Positions 18,711 through 28,067 of a stretch of DNA of 64,000 bases are shown in pieces. How positions within the stretch are numbered: the first letter of the stretch is position 1; every line of letters starts with the position of its first letter. Location: contig JAPYWL010000002.1 of NCBI GenBank assembly GCA_028276365.1, positions 28,170 to 92,169 on the forward strand, written 5' to 3'. The notes below the pieces were generated by a model. The model ran no database searches. It saw nothing but the letters and a program-made list of their open reading frames with translations, and was not told the DNA's origin. Source of the stretch: Deltaproteobacteria bacterium (GTDB lineage: Bacteria > DRYD01). The position numbers were made by a program, and so were the translations under genes.

Positions 18711-20972
18711 CTATTTAAAAGATAATTGAGAAAAATCAGCAAACTTTGTTGTTAATAAAAATACATAATAAAGAGTTAATATTCTATTTAATCTCTTTTG
18801 TTTATCTTCAACCATTATCATTACATTAGTAAAGTAATTATCAACATATTTAGCCAAATTCTTAATAAATTCAAAAGCTTCCTCATATTTGCCTTTACTT
18901 ATATTACTTAAATACAACTCCTTATTATTTTCAACAAAATTAATCAATTCAAACTCAGTATTATTATCAAATAATTGCTTATCTATCTTAATAAAATCCA
19001 AGTTTTCAGGGTAATCTATTATATCTATATTATTATATTTCCTATATAGATATTTAAAAATAGAATCAGAATCAGAATCAAAATCAGAATCAAACTCAGA
19101 TTTAACTTTAATATTCCTAAAGTAATCATTAAAAATAATATTCTTTAATCTTTTAGAAAGTAATGCAACATTCTTTAAAGTTTCGTCATCTTTATTAAAA
19201 ATATCATTGATAAATTCAAGAATTTCAATTCCTTGCTTATATCTACAAAATAAAATATGCAAAACACTTCTAATAAAATCGTATCTATAACTTTCCAATT
19301 TCAAATTATCTTCCACTCTATTAAAGAAAAATTCCTTCAAATCCCTAATTATAGTACTAAATGGAACTGTTACTTCTATTTTATCAGAATAATTCTTGTC
19401 TTTTAGTAGATTATAAGAATATCTAAAAATACTTTCTAAATTTATAGGTAACCTAAAATTATGTAATAATAGAATAAGTTGAGCAAAAGTTCTTTTAAGG
19501 CCAAAAGGATCCTTAGATCCAGAAATCCTAAACCCAATAGAGTAAAAAGCAATAAGAGTATCAATTCTATCAGCTATCCCAACTATAATACCTGGGTAAT
19601 CTGAAGGGAACTTAGGATTTTCTAAAGAATCAGGTAAATAATGTTCATATATTGCATTAGCTACAATCTGGTCCTCCCCTTGCCTTAAAGCTATATATCT
19701 ACCAATAACTCCCTGTAAATTAGGAAACTCAAAAACTATTTTAGTATCCCTATCAGCTTTACACAAATGCGCAGCCTTTATTATACTATCCTTAATCCTT
19801 GCATCTTCTATCAATAAATCCGAAAGATAAATAGCAATATTTTTAATCCTCATTGTTTTATCATATAAAGAACCTAATTTTTCATAGAAAGAGATATTTT
19901 TTAATTTAGGAACTCTGGAAGCTAATGGTACTTTTTCATCCTCTTCAAGTAAATGTAAAGAATCTCTAAATCTAGCTTCTACTACCTTCCTGTAATTATA
20001 ACTCAATATCTCTTTATCTTCTACAATACCTTCTTTAAATACTAAAAATGAATTAATTATATTATCCCCTTTTTTAAGGGGAATAAATTTCTGCTGATTA
20101 ATTAGCACATTAATAATTATTTCATCAGGCAAATCTAAATAATCCTCATTAAAATTACTATCTACTAAAACCGGATACTCATACATATAAACTAATAAAT
20201 CTAGGAACTCATCATAAATAACAGCCTTAAGATCATTTTTTAATTCATACTTACTTATACTATCTAAAATAATATTCCTTCTTTCATCAGCAAATATAAT
20301 AACCCCTGCTTCCCTTAAAATTTCCGTATATTTACTTACATCCCTTATTCTTAAAACCTTATTACTAAATATTCTATGACCATATGTACTATTAGAAGTT
20401 TTTAAATTTAAAATATCAAACTCAATACTTTCATTATCTAACATGACTACTATCCATCTAATAGGCCTTATAAATCTAACCTTTTTATCATACCAATACA
20501 TTGTCTTTTCAAATCTAAAACTACTAATGAATTTATTGACTATATCAGGTAAAATATCCTTGATATTTTTAGATTCTTGTTCTAATTTATAAAAAATATA
20601 CTCCTTATCTCCTATTCTCTTTATTTCTAATCCTTCTATTTGTTCTATACTAATATCTCTATTAAAAGAATTTAAATCAATTCCAACATTTTTCAAAAAA
20701 CCAACTAATTCGTTCGTAACATTTCCATTAACATCAAATGCTTTATTAACAGGTGGTCCCTTCTTTTCTATAAAACTTCTCTCCTGATATTCATTAACAT
20801 TATTTAAAATAAATCCTATTCTTCTATTAGTTAGTATATAATCAATATCTTTATAAACTAATCTATATTCACTTAAAATTTTAGGTAAAAAATCCATCAT
20901 TTGATTATATATATCTTTACATTGACTAGCAGGTAAATCTTCTACTCCTATCTCTACTAATAAATTTCTCAT
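18711..20972 (-). CDS. glyS: glycine--tRNA ligase beta subunit
   Basis: N-terminal LLVEIGVEDLP, ...RFIRPIRWIV..., ...GHRIF... characteristic of GlyS; contains short acidic DSDSDFDSDFES repeat. Confidence 0.85.
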   Translation of the reverse strand: MRNLLVEIGVEDLPASQCKDIYNQMMDFLPKILSEYRLVYKDIDYILTNRRIGFILNNVNEYQERSFIEKKGPPVNKAFDVNGNVTNELVGFLKNVGIDLNSFNRDISIEQIEGLEIKRIGDKEYIFYKLEQESKNIKDILPDIVNKFISSFRFEKTMYWYDKKVRFIRPIRWIVVMLDNESIEFDILNLKTSNSTYGHRIFSNKVLRIRDVSKYTEILREAGVIIFADERRNIILDSISKYELKNDLKAVIYDEFLDLLVYMYEYPVLVDSNFNEDYLDLPDEIIINVLINQQKFIPLKKGDNIINSFLVFKEGIVEDKEILSYNYRKVVEARFRDSLHLLEEDEKVPLASRVPKLKNISFYEKLGSLYDKTMRIKNIAIYLSDLLIEDARIKDSIIKAAHLCKADRDTKIVFEFPNLQGVIGRYIALRQGEDQIVANAIYEHYLPDSLENPKFPSDYPGIIVGIADRIDTLIAFYSIGFRISGSKDPFGLKRTFAQLILLLHNFRLPINLESIFRYSYNLLKDKNYSDKIEVTVPFSTIIRDLKEFFFNRVEDNLKLESYRYDFIRSVLHILFCRYKQGIEILEFINDIFNKDDETLKNVALLSKRLKNIIFNDYFRNIKVKSEFDSDFDSDSDSIFKYLYRKYNNIDIIDYPENLDFIKIDKQLFDNNTEFELINFVENNKELYLSNISKGKYEEAFEFIKNLAKYVDNYFTNVMIMVEDKQKRLNRILTLYYVFLLTTKFADFSQLSFK

Positions 20973-21006
20973 AATTCTATTTTTATTTCACCCTTTTGAT
21001 TTCGGC

Positions 21007-22254
21007 CTATTTGACATTATTTTTTATACTAAAAAAATCTTTTAATTTTTCACTTAAATCAGTTTTTTCCCAACTAAGATTTAAATCTTTCCTACCAAAA
21101 TGACCATACGAAGATAAAGGAGTATATTCAACATTAAATAAATCAAAATTTCTAATAATTCCACCAGGTGTTAAATCACATAATTTTTCTATAGCTTTTA
21201 TTATCTCACTTTCTTCTATAATAGATGTATTAAAAGTATTAATATAAATAGAAACAGGTTTCTCTTCACCAATAACATAAGCTAACTGAACTTCTACCTT
21301 TTTTGCTAAATTAGCTTTCACAATATTTTTAGCAATATACCTAGCCATATAAGCACCAGTTCTATCCACTTTTGTAGGATCCTTACCAGAAAATGAACCT
21401 CCACCATGAGCATATCCACCATAGGTATCTACTATTACTTTTCTACCTGTTAATCCGCTATCCGCTCTTGGCCCTCCTATTACAAATTTTCCCGTAGGGT
21501 TTATATGAATATTAGTTTTATTACTAAAAAAATCTTTATTTAAATTATTTTCTTCAATAAATTCATTTAAGACAGGCTGTATAACAGTCTCTAAAATATC
21601 CCTACGTAAATCTTCATATGATTTTCCGTCTTTATGTTGAGTAGATAAAACTATATCTTTTAGAAAAACAGGTTTAGAATCCTGATAATATATACTTACT
21701 TGAGTTTTTCCGTCAGGTCCCAAATAATCTAATATCTTCTGTTTTCTAACTTGAGCAAGTCTATAAGCTAACCTATGAGCTAATAAAATAGGGGCAGGCA
21801 TTAACTCTGCTGTTTCATCACACGCAAATCCAAACATCATCCCTTGATCTCCTGCTCCAAAATGCCAATCATCATTAACAACATCTTTTCCTCTGATTTC
21901 TGCAGGCTTTTCAACTCCTACAGATATATCTGGAGATTGGGGATCTATTGAAGTTATAACTGCTATATATTCAGGATCATATCCCCATTCTATATTATAT
22001 CCTATATCCTTTATTGTCTGTCTTACTATTAAAGGTATATTAACAAAAGATTTAGAAGTAACTTGCCCTACTAATAAACAACCACCAGTAAAGACAATGG
22101 TTTCAACTGCAACTCTTGAAAATTCTTTAGGTTTTCTGTTATTTTTTCTATCTTCTTTTAAATAAGCATCTAAGATGGCATCTGAAATCCTATCAGCTAC
22201 CTTATCTGGATGCCCCTCAGTAACTGATTCCGATGTAAATACATATTCCTTCAT
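21007..22254 (-). CDS. metK: S-adenosylmethionine synthetase
   Basis: SESVTEGHPDKVAD, GAGDQGMMFGFA, GGGSFSGKDPTKVDR motifs. Confidence 0.9.
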   Translation of the reverse strand: MKEYVFTSESVTEGHPDKVADRISDAILDAYLKEDRKNNRKPKEFSRVAVETIVFTGGCLLVGQVTSKSFVNIPLIVRQTIKDIGYNIEWGYDPEYIAVITSIDPQSPDISVGVEKPAEIRGKDVVNDDWHFGAGDQGMMFGFACDETAELMPAPILLAHRLAYRLAQVRKQKILDYLGPDGKTQVSIYYQDSKPVFLKDIVLSTQHKDGKSYEDLRRDILETVIQPVLNEFIEENNLNKDFFSNKTNIHINPTGKFVIGGPRADSGLTGRKVIVDTYGGYAHGGGSFSGKDPTKVDRTGAYMARYIAKNIVKANLAKKVEVQLAYVIGEEKPVSIYINTFNTSIIEESEIIKAIEKLCDLTPGGIIRNFDLFNVEYTPLSSYGHFGRKDLNLSWEKTDLSEKLKDFFSIKNNVK

Positions 22255-22350
22255 TATTTTCCTCCCCTTCCACTATATTTTTTTAATTCATTTAGTATTT
22301 TACTATAGAAATTCAACAAATGATAAAAAAAACCTCTAAATACTATTATT

Positions 22351-22758
22351 TTATTCTTTCTTAATCTTATCTTCTTTATCTTTCTCTGATGACTTTAACA
22401 CTCTTTTAATCATATCAGTTATAAAAACCAACGAATTAGAAGCTATTTTCTGTGTGTTATCCACTAACAACCTTATATTCTTTGTAATAAAGTTAATATC
22501 TTCTGTTATATTACCAACATTATTAGATATTTTTTTAGCATTAGATGTAACCTCTGTTATATTATACAATATTGGCTTAGAATTTTCTATAATTTCTTGT
22601 AATTTTCTTAAAGTATTATTAGTTTCATCAACAACCGTTATTAATCTATCTATCTTTGAATTTAAATTATTTATAAAATTAACAAGAACAAAGATAAAAA
22701 ATATAATCGGTATTATTATAATAACAGCTATTATTAAAATCAAAGTATTCAAATCCAT
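22351..22758 (-). CDS. DUF948-like membrane-anchored coiled-coil protein
   Basis: Single N-terminal TM then coiled coil; architecture like DUF948 stress proteins. Confidence 0.45.
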   Translation of the reverse strand: MDLNTLILIIAVIIIIPIIFFIFVLVNFINNLNSKIDRLITVVDETNNTLRKLQEIIENSKPILYNITEVTSNAKKISNNVGNITEDINFITKNIRLLVDNTQKIASNSLVFITDMIKRVLKSSEKDKEDKIKKE

Positions 22759-22794
22759 TTTATAATCTCCTTTTCTTTTTTAAGTAAATAAAAA

Positions 22795-23289
22795 TTACCA
22801 TTCATCTTCTTCATCAGAAGATCTATATATTTTAGAATATTCTTCAAAATTGTCAAATTCAGTAATAGGTAAGCCACAACTAGGGCATTCTTCTAATCTT
22901 TTTAAGCGCTCTACCTCAATAATTTCACCACAATTAGGACATAATATTAAGTCATCCTCACTAACTAAATACTCCTCATTCTCATTAATAACTTCTTCAT
23001 CCTCATCTTCATAACCCAAATCCATATCATAAAGATCCTCAACATCTATTTCATCTAAACTAAATTCTTCTAAATTATTATTATCATCATCATTATCAAT
23101 GTTTTTCATATCTTCTTTTTTGCTTTTTTTAGATTTATCAGAATTAGATTTATTAGAAACTACATTTTTAACCAATTCTTTTTCTTCTAATTCATTATTA
23201 TTTTCATTATTAGTTATATTTTTTTTCTTAGGTGATTTCTTAAGACTACCATTATTATTATTTTCATTGGCTTTATTTTTTTTAGGCAT
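22795..23289 (-). CDS. hypothetical highly acidic protein with C-terminal zinc-ribbon (CPNCG...CPSCG)
   Basis: K-rich N-terminus, D/E-rich middle, CxxC...CxxC pair near C-terminus. Confidence 0.5.
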   Translation of the reverse strand: MPKKNKANENNNNGSLKKSPKKKNITNNENNNELEEKELVKNVVSNKSNSDKSKKSKKEDMKNIDNDDDNNNLEEFSLDEIDVEDLYDMDLGYEDEDEEVINENEEYLVSEDDLILCPNCGEIIEVERLKRLEECPSCGLPITEFDNFEEYSKIYRSSDEEDEW

Positions 23290-23320
23290 TAAAATCTCCC
23301 CCTTACTGTAAAATAAATTA

Positions 23321-24019
23321 CTATATTACTTTTTGGATTACACTTTTTATTTTTTCAACATTTTTAATAATATTTCCTTTATATAAAAAAGAAGATAAAA
23401 CAATATAATTAGCCCCAGCTTTTATTACCTTTTCTATATTTGTATCATTTATCCCTCCATCTACACTAATAAAAACATCATCACAATCCCTTACTATTTC
23501 TCTTACTAACGATATCTTAATTAACATATTTTCAATAAATTTTTGTCCAAAAAAACCAGGATCCACTGTCATAATTAGTATACTATCCACATACCCCCTT
23601 AAATATTTCAAAAAATTAATTTCAGTTATAGGATTTATTGCTATGCCTACTTTTACTTTTAATCCTTTAGTAAATATCATCTCCTTTATATTTTCAATAA
23701 ATCTAAAAGGAAATCTAACTGCTTCTATATGAAAATTTAAAATATCAACATACTCAATAACTTCTTTTATATAATTTTCTGGATTATTAACCATCAGATG
23801 TATATCTAAAGGTAAATTAGTTATACTTTTTATTTTCTTAGCAATAGAAACCCCGAAAGTTATATTAGGAACAAAATTACCATCCATAACATCTAAATGT
23901 AAATAATCAACACTAGCTTCCTCAGTTTCTTTTATTAATTTTTCAATATTATAAAAATCTCCCGCTATTATTGAAGCTGATATCTTTATGTCTTTTATTT
24001 TTTTATCTTTTACTTCCAT
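23321..24019 (-). CDS. rpe: ribulose-phosphate 3-epimerase
   Basis: ISASIIAGDF...LHLDVMDGNFVPNITFG...DIHLMV motifs. Confidence 0.85.
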   Translation of the reverse strand: MEVKDKKIKDIKISASIIAGDFYNIEKLIKETEEASVDYLHLDVMDGNFVPNITFGVSIAKKIKSITNLPLDIHLMVNNPENYIKEVIEYVDILNFHIEAVRFPFRFIENIKEMIFTKGLKVKVGIAINPITEINFLKYLRGYVDSILIMTVDPGFFGQKFIENMLIKISLVREIVRDCDDVFISVDGGINDTNIEKVIKAGANYIVLSSFLYKGNIIKNVEKIKSVIQKVI

Positions 24020-24258
24020 AATAAACTACTTTAAATATAAACTTTTTTAACTCCTGGTTTTAATATTTTCCTCTTGGTTTTAATATTTTTTTTTAAAAAT
24101 AAAAAAAATCCTTCCAAAATTTTATAAATAATTTAAAAATCTAATTAGATTTCAAATTAAATTAACAATTAATTTACATTATTTTTACTTATTTTTAACT
24201 TTTTTAAATCAATAAATAATTAAAATGAGTTAAATTAATTTTAAGAGGTGTAAAAATT

Positions 24259-24804
24259 ATGAGAGAAATATCCAATAAAATAGAAAACAAAATAAATATA
24301 ATAGACCAAAAATTTAATAACATAAATACTAAAATATCAGAAATAGATAATAAATTCGAAACAATTTTTAATAAATCTATTAATCAAAATCAAAATGTTA
24401 ATCAAAATCAATCAAACCTAGAAGATTTATTAAAAATATTAAACAATAATAATTCAGTGTTTAGTAATTCACTAAGCAATATAAAAGGGGATAGTATAAT
24501 AGAGTTTAGGGGCTTTAAAATGAGAGCAGATGTAGCAGCTAAATTCCTTCAATTAGAAGAAATGATAAAAAAAGAATTCCCTAACAGACAAATAATACTA
24601 ACTTCAGGAATGGATGGACAACATATGCCAGGTAGCAAACATTACGATGGTAAAGCTATAGACTTTGTAGTTGAACCACTTACAATAGAAGAATCCCAAA
24701 GAATAGAAGAATTAGCTAAAAAAGCAGGATTTGATGTATATAACGAATACATATATGACAGCCCCTATAAAACAGGACCCCATATGCATATACAAATCCC
24801 ATAA
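24259..24804 (+). CDS. LAS-family (peptidase M15-like) zinc metallopeptidase-domain protein with N-terminal coiled coil
   Basis: H-x6-D motif in SKHYDGKAIDF and HxH in GPHMHIQ; no signal peptide; N-terminus is N/Q-rich coiled coil. Confidence 0.55.
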   Translation: MREISNKIENKINIIDQKFNNINTKISEIDNKFETIFNKSINQNQNVNQNQSNLEDLLKILNNNNSVFSNSLSNIKGDSIIEFRGFKMRADVAAKFLQLEEMIKKEFPNRQIILTSGMDGQHMPGSKHYDGKAIDFVVEPLTIEESQRIEELAKKAGFDVYNEYIYDSPYKTGPHMHIQIP

Positions 24805-24836
24805 TACAATTACAAAACCCATATTTCAAAAAAAAA

Positions 24837-24879
24837 CCCCAAAAGGGATTTGGGGGGTTGCTAGGGCTTATGCCCTAGC
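24837..24879. terminator. two tandem perfect hairpins (CCCCAAA/TTTGGGG and GCTAGGGC/GCCCTAGC) forming a bidirectional terminator
   Basis: A9 run precedes (T9 on the minus strand after hairpin 1); T-rich run follows hairpin 2 on plus. Confidence 0.65.
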
Positions 24880-25020
24880 TATTCTATTCATTTTTTAAAA
24901 ATCAAAAAAAACAAAGAAAAACAACAAAAACTAAAACTCCCTCCTCACAATCCCTCTCTCTATCTCCACTTCCCTTTATCCCTCCTATTCTTTCTATTTT
25001 TGGTTGTAATTATTTCTATA

Positions 25021-26259
25021 TTAAAACAAAACCCTATATATACTACCATATTTACTCTCTATTTTCCCTAATAACTCAAGCTTACTTAAAATAGAAACTA
25101 AATTAGTAATACTTATTTCATAATTATTTTCCTTTAGTTTTTGATTTATTTCATTTATAGATAACTCTTGATATTCACTTAAAATCTCTAAAATCAAGTT
25201 CTCTAAAATCTCATTTTGATTACTTTCAACAGATTCAACCAAATTAGATAAATCACTATAATTTGAATCAAATAATTTATTTTGAAAAAACTTATTATTT
25301 TCTTGTTCTTGAGATCTATAGAAATTATAATTACCCAATTTTAAATAATTAGCTAAAATTTCAGCTAATTCATCAATAGAAGAGATTAATTTTCCTCCAG
25401 AGTTTATAAGCTTTTTAGATCCACTAAAAGAATACCCAAAACCCAAAAATGGAACAATCAACTCCTTCCCAAATTCTAAAGCATATCTTCCAGTTATAAT
25501 ACTTCCACTTTTTTCTGATGCCTGAAAAACTACCACAATATCCGAAATCAAAGAAATTATCCTATTCCTATAAGGGAAATAATACTTTTTAGGACTAATA
25601 TTATCAGGATATTCAGCTAAAAGTAACCCCTTTTTAGGTATTTTTAGTTGTAATTCTTTATTAACAGAAGGATAGTAATAAAATATGCCATTCCCTAAAA
25701 CCGCTATTGTTTTTATATTATTATCTAAAGAATATTTATGTATCAAAGAATCAACACCAACAGCTAATCCACTAACAACTACAAAATTCTTTATTAAATC
25801 ACTATACTTTTCAAAAAAAGAATCAATAAATCTAATAGTTTTATTTTCAGGTTTTCGTGATCCTACTATCGCTATTTTCTTATAATTCTTACTTAACAAA
25901 CTATAATCTCCTTTATAAAATAAAACCCCTACAGGATAATCATTAAAAATTAATAAATCTAAGAATCCTTCTTCCCAAAAAAACTTAACCTTACTTTTAA
26001 TGCCGTCTAAACTTAAATTATTAATATTAAATTTATTACCCTCTTTACCATTAATATTATTTAAAATCTTTGAATCAATTTGATTTTCTAAGTTTTTTAA
26101 AACTTCATAAATTTTTGGTAAATCATATGGAAAATTAATTAAATTATTATCCTCTAAAACCTTATATATCTTATAAAAATCAAAATGATAATAGTAATAG
26201 AGTTTTAAAAAAGTATTTTTTAGATCTTTATCTAAATCACTATCATTAACCATTAGCAA
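25021..26259 (-). CDS. dprA: DNA-processing protein DprA/Smf
   Basis: IAIVGSRKPE...VSGLAVGVD...AVLGNGI...GSIITGRYALEFGKEL Rossmann-like DprA core. Confidence 0.8.
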   Translation of the reverse strand: MLMVNDSDLDKDLKNTFLKLYYYYHFDFYKIYKVLEDNNLINFPYDLPKIYEVLKNLENQIDSKILNNINGKEGNKFNINNLSLDGIKSKVKFFWEEGFLDLLIFNDYPVGVLFYKGDYSLLSKNYKKIAIVGSRKPENKTIRFIDSFFEKYSDLIKNFVVVSGLAVGVDSLIHKYSLDNNIKTIAVLGNGIFYYYPSVNKELQLKIPKKGLLLAEYPDNISPKKYYFPYRNRIISLISDIVVVFQASEKSGSIITGRYALEFGKELIVPFLGFGYSFSGSKKLINSGGKLISSIDELAEILANYLKLGNYNFYRSQEQENNKFFQNKLFDSNYSDLSNLVESVESNQNEILENLILEILSEYQELSINEINQKLKENNYEISITNLVSILSKLELLGKIESKYGSIYRVLF

Positions 26260-27037
26260 AGTGTTCTATATCAAATTGTATATTATTAACTCCACTAAAA
26301 GTTAGAGTAATAATTCTTTCAAATTCTACAGGATCTAAGCTTTTAGAACCAACCAATACACCAGATAATCCAGTATCAAAAGTAGCAAAATAAGCAGTAT
26401 TCTCTTCCACACTACCACCATATAATACAGGCACTTCCTTATAATTTTGTTTTAAATATTGTAAAATAAAGTTAGCAGCTTCTTTAATATCATTAATTTC
26501 CATAGGTACTCCAGTACCAATAGCCCAAACAGGCTCATAAGCTAATATCATCAATTCAAACTTACTAAATCCCTTTAAAGCATTATCCAACTGCTTTTTA
26601 ATAACCTCAAAAGCTAAGCCCTTTTGCCTTTGCTCTAAATTCTCACCAACACACAAAATAAACGGCATATCATAATCCTGACAAATTAAAACCTTCTTAT
26701 TTATTAAATCATCTGTTTCATTAAATATATTTCTTCTTTCAGAATGCCCCAATATAACCCCATCACAATTTATAGACTTTAACATACTAATAGTAACTTC
26801 CCCAGTATAAGCTCCCTTTAAAACATGAGAAACATTTTGTGCATATATCTTAGTTCTTTTAGCTAAATCTTTCAAAGGTTTAATATAAACATAAGGTACC
26901 GCAGCAATTATATTAATATATTCCTGATAATCCAAAATAACTCTTGTTACATCATTTTCAATATACTTAATCCAATTAACAGCCTGATCAAAAGTTAAAT
27001 TAGCTTTCCAATTAGCAGCAGGAATAGAAACCTTCAT
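26246..27037 (-). CDS. tpiA: triosephosphate isomerase
   Basis: AANWKAN, GHSERR, AYEPVWAIGTG motifs. Confidence 0.9.
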   Translation of the reverse strand: MKVSIPAANWKANLTFDQAVNWIKYIENDVTRVILDYQEYINIIAAVPYVYIKPLKDLAKRTKIYAQNVSHVLKGAYTGEVTISMLKSINCDGVILGHSERRNIFNETDDLINKKVLICQDYDMPFILCVGENLEQRQKGLAFEVIKKQLDNALKGFSKFELMILAYEPVWAIGTGVPMEINDIKEAANFILQYLKQNYKEVPVLYGGSVEENTAYFATFDTGLSGVLVGSKSLDPVEFERIITLTFSGVNNIQFDIEHFANG

Positions 27038-27063
27038 AAAAACACCTCCTATTTTATACTAAT

Positions 27064-28044
27064 CTAACTATTAGTCTTAATAGAAAGATAGTCATGATCC
27101 TTAACAATATAATTCTTAGTATAATTTTGAAATACAGGAAATTTAGAATCCTTTAAATCCTGAATATTACAAACCATAGCAGAAATAAAATTTTTCCCTA
27201 TTTCAGTATGTATCTTATAAGAAGCATCCAATACAGTTTTTCCCCTTGTAATTAAATAAGCCTTAACTTCCTTTTTATTACCCGTATAAAAAATAACCCA
27301 ATACCTTAAAATATTACTTAATATCAAATTCAAAATAAATTCAATAAAACTTTCTTTAGATAAATCATTTAAATTATCTTCTTTTAATAAATAATTTAAC
27401 CCAAATTCATTAAATAACTCTAAAAATTCAAGAGCCTCTAAATCAATTAACTCACTAACAATATTAATAGGTAAAAATAAAATTCTAAATAAATTAGTAT
27501 TAACCAAAATATTCTCACTCTTTTCAAATTTAGAATCTATTATAAACAAAGATTTCTTAAAATAACCTAAAGCCAAAGAATTAATTAACTCCTCAAAATT
27601 AGTATTATAATAAATAAATTTTTCTAAATCAAATTGATTTTTATTTATAATTTCTATAAGATTTTCAATATCTTTTTCTGAGTATTTAGTTTGCTTTTTA
27701 AAATTCTTAGAATTTAAAAAATTATTTAATATTTCTAAATCCCTCGTTTTTAATTTTTCAATTTCATCAATAAAATCGTTAATATTATCAAAAAGCAAAA
27801 CAAAGTAATCAGATTTAGATATTTCTTTTAAAGGTTCTATTTCTTTAGTATAAAATAAAATAGATTCATAAGTTACTTTATCAGGTTTAAAATAATCAAT
27901 TAGTTTTTGAAAATTCTCGTTTTTTATATTTATTACCAATTGTTTAATATTTTCCTTATATTCCTTTTTAATATAAAAAGATAACAGCTTAAAAAAATAA
28001 GAAACTAAATTTAAGTTATTAGAAAAAACAAATGTAGTAATCAT
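27064..28044 (-). CDS. hypothetical protein with C-terminal TGS/beta-grasp-like segment
   Basis: ...KAYLITRGKTVLDASYKIHTEIGKNFISAMV resembles TGS domain of YchF/ThrRS; rest unassigned. Confidence 0.4.
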   Translation of the reverse strand: MITTFVFSNNLNLVSYFFKLLSFYIKKEYKENIKQLVINIKNENFQKLIDYFKPDKVTYESILFYTKEIEPLKEISKSDYFVLLFDNINDFIDEIEKLKTRDLEILNNFLNSKNFKKQTKYSEKDIENLIEIINKNQFDLEKFIYYNTNFEELINSLALGYFKKSLFIIDSKFEKSENILVNTNLFRILFLPINIVSELIDLEALEFLELFNEFGLNYLLKEDNLNDLSKESFIEFILNLILSNILRYWVIFYTGNKKEVKAYLITRGKTVLDASYKIHTEIGKNFISAMVCNIQDLKDSKFPVFQNYTKNYIVKDHDYLSIKTNS

Positions 28045-28067
28045 GTTTTACATATTTATTTAATTTT

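Noticed and set aside
22454-23311. ORFs 22454..22765 (+) and 23099..23311 (+) antisense to the DUF948-like and acidic zinc-ribbon genes
   Set aside because: Antisense, hydrophobic low-complexity, no RBS.
25685-25885. 66-aa plus ORF inside dprA
   Set aside because: Nested antisense ORF.
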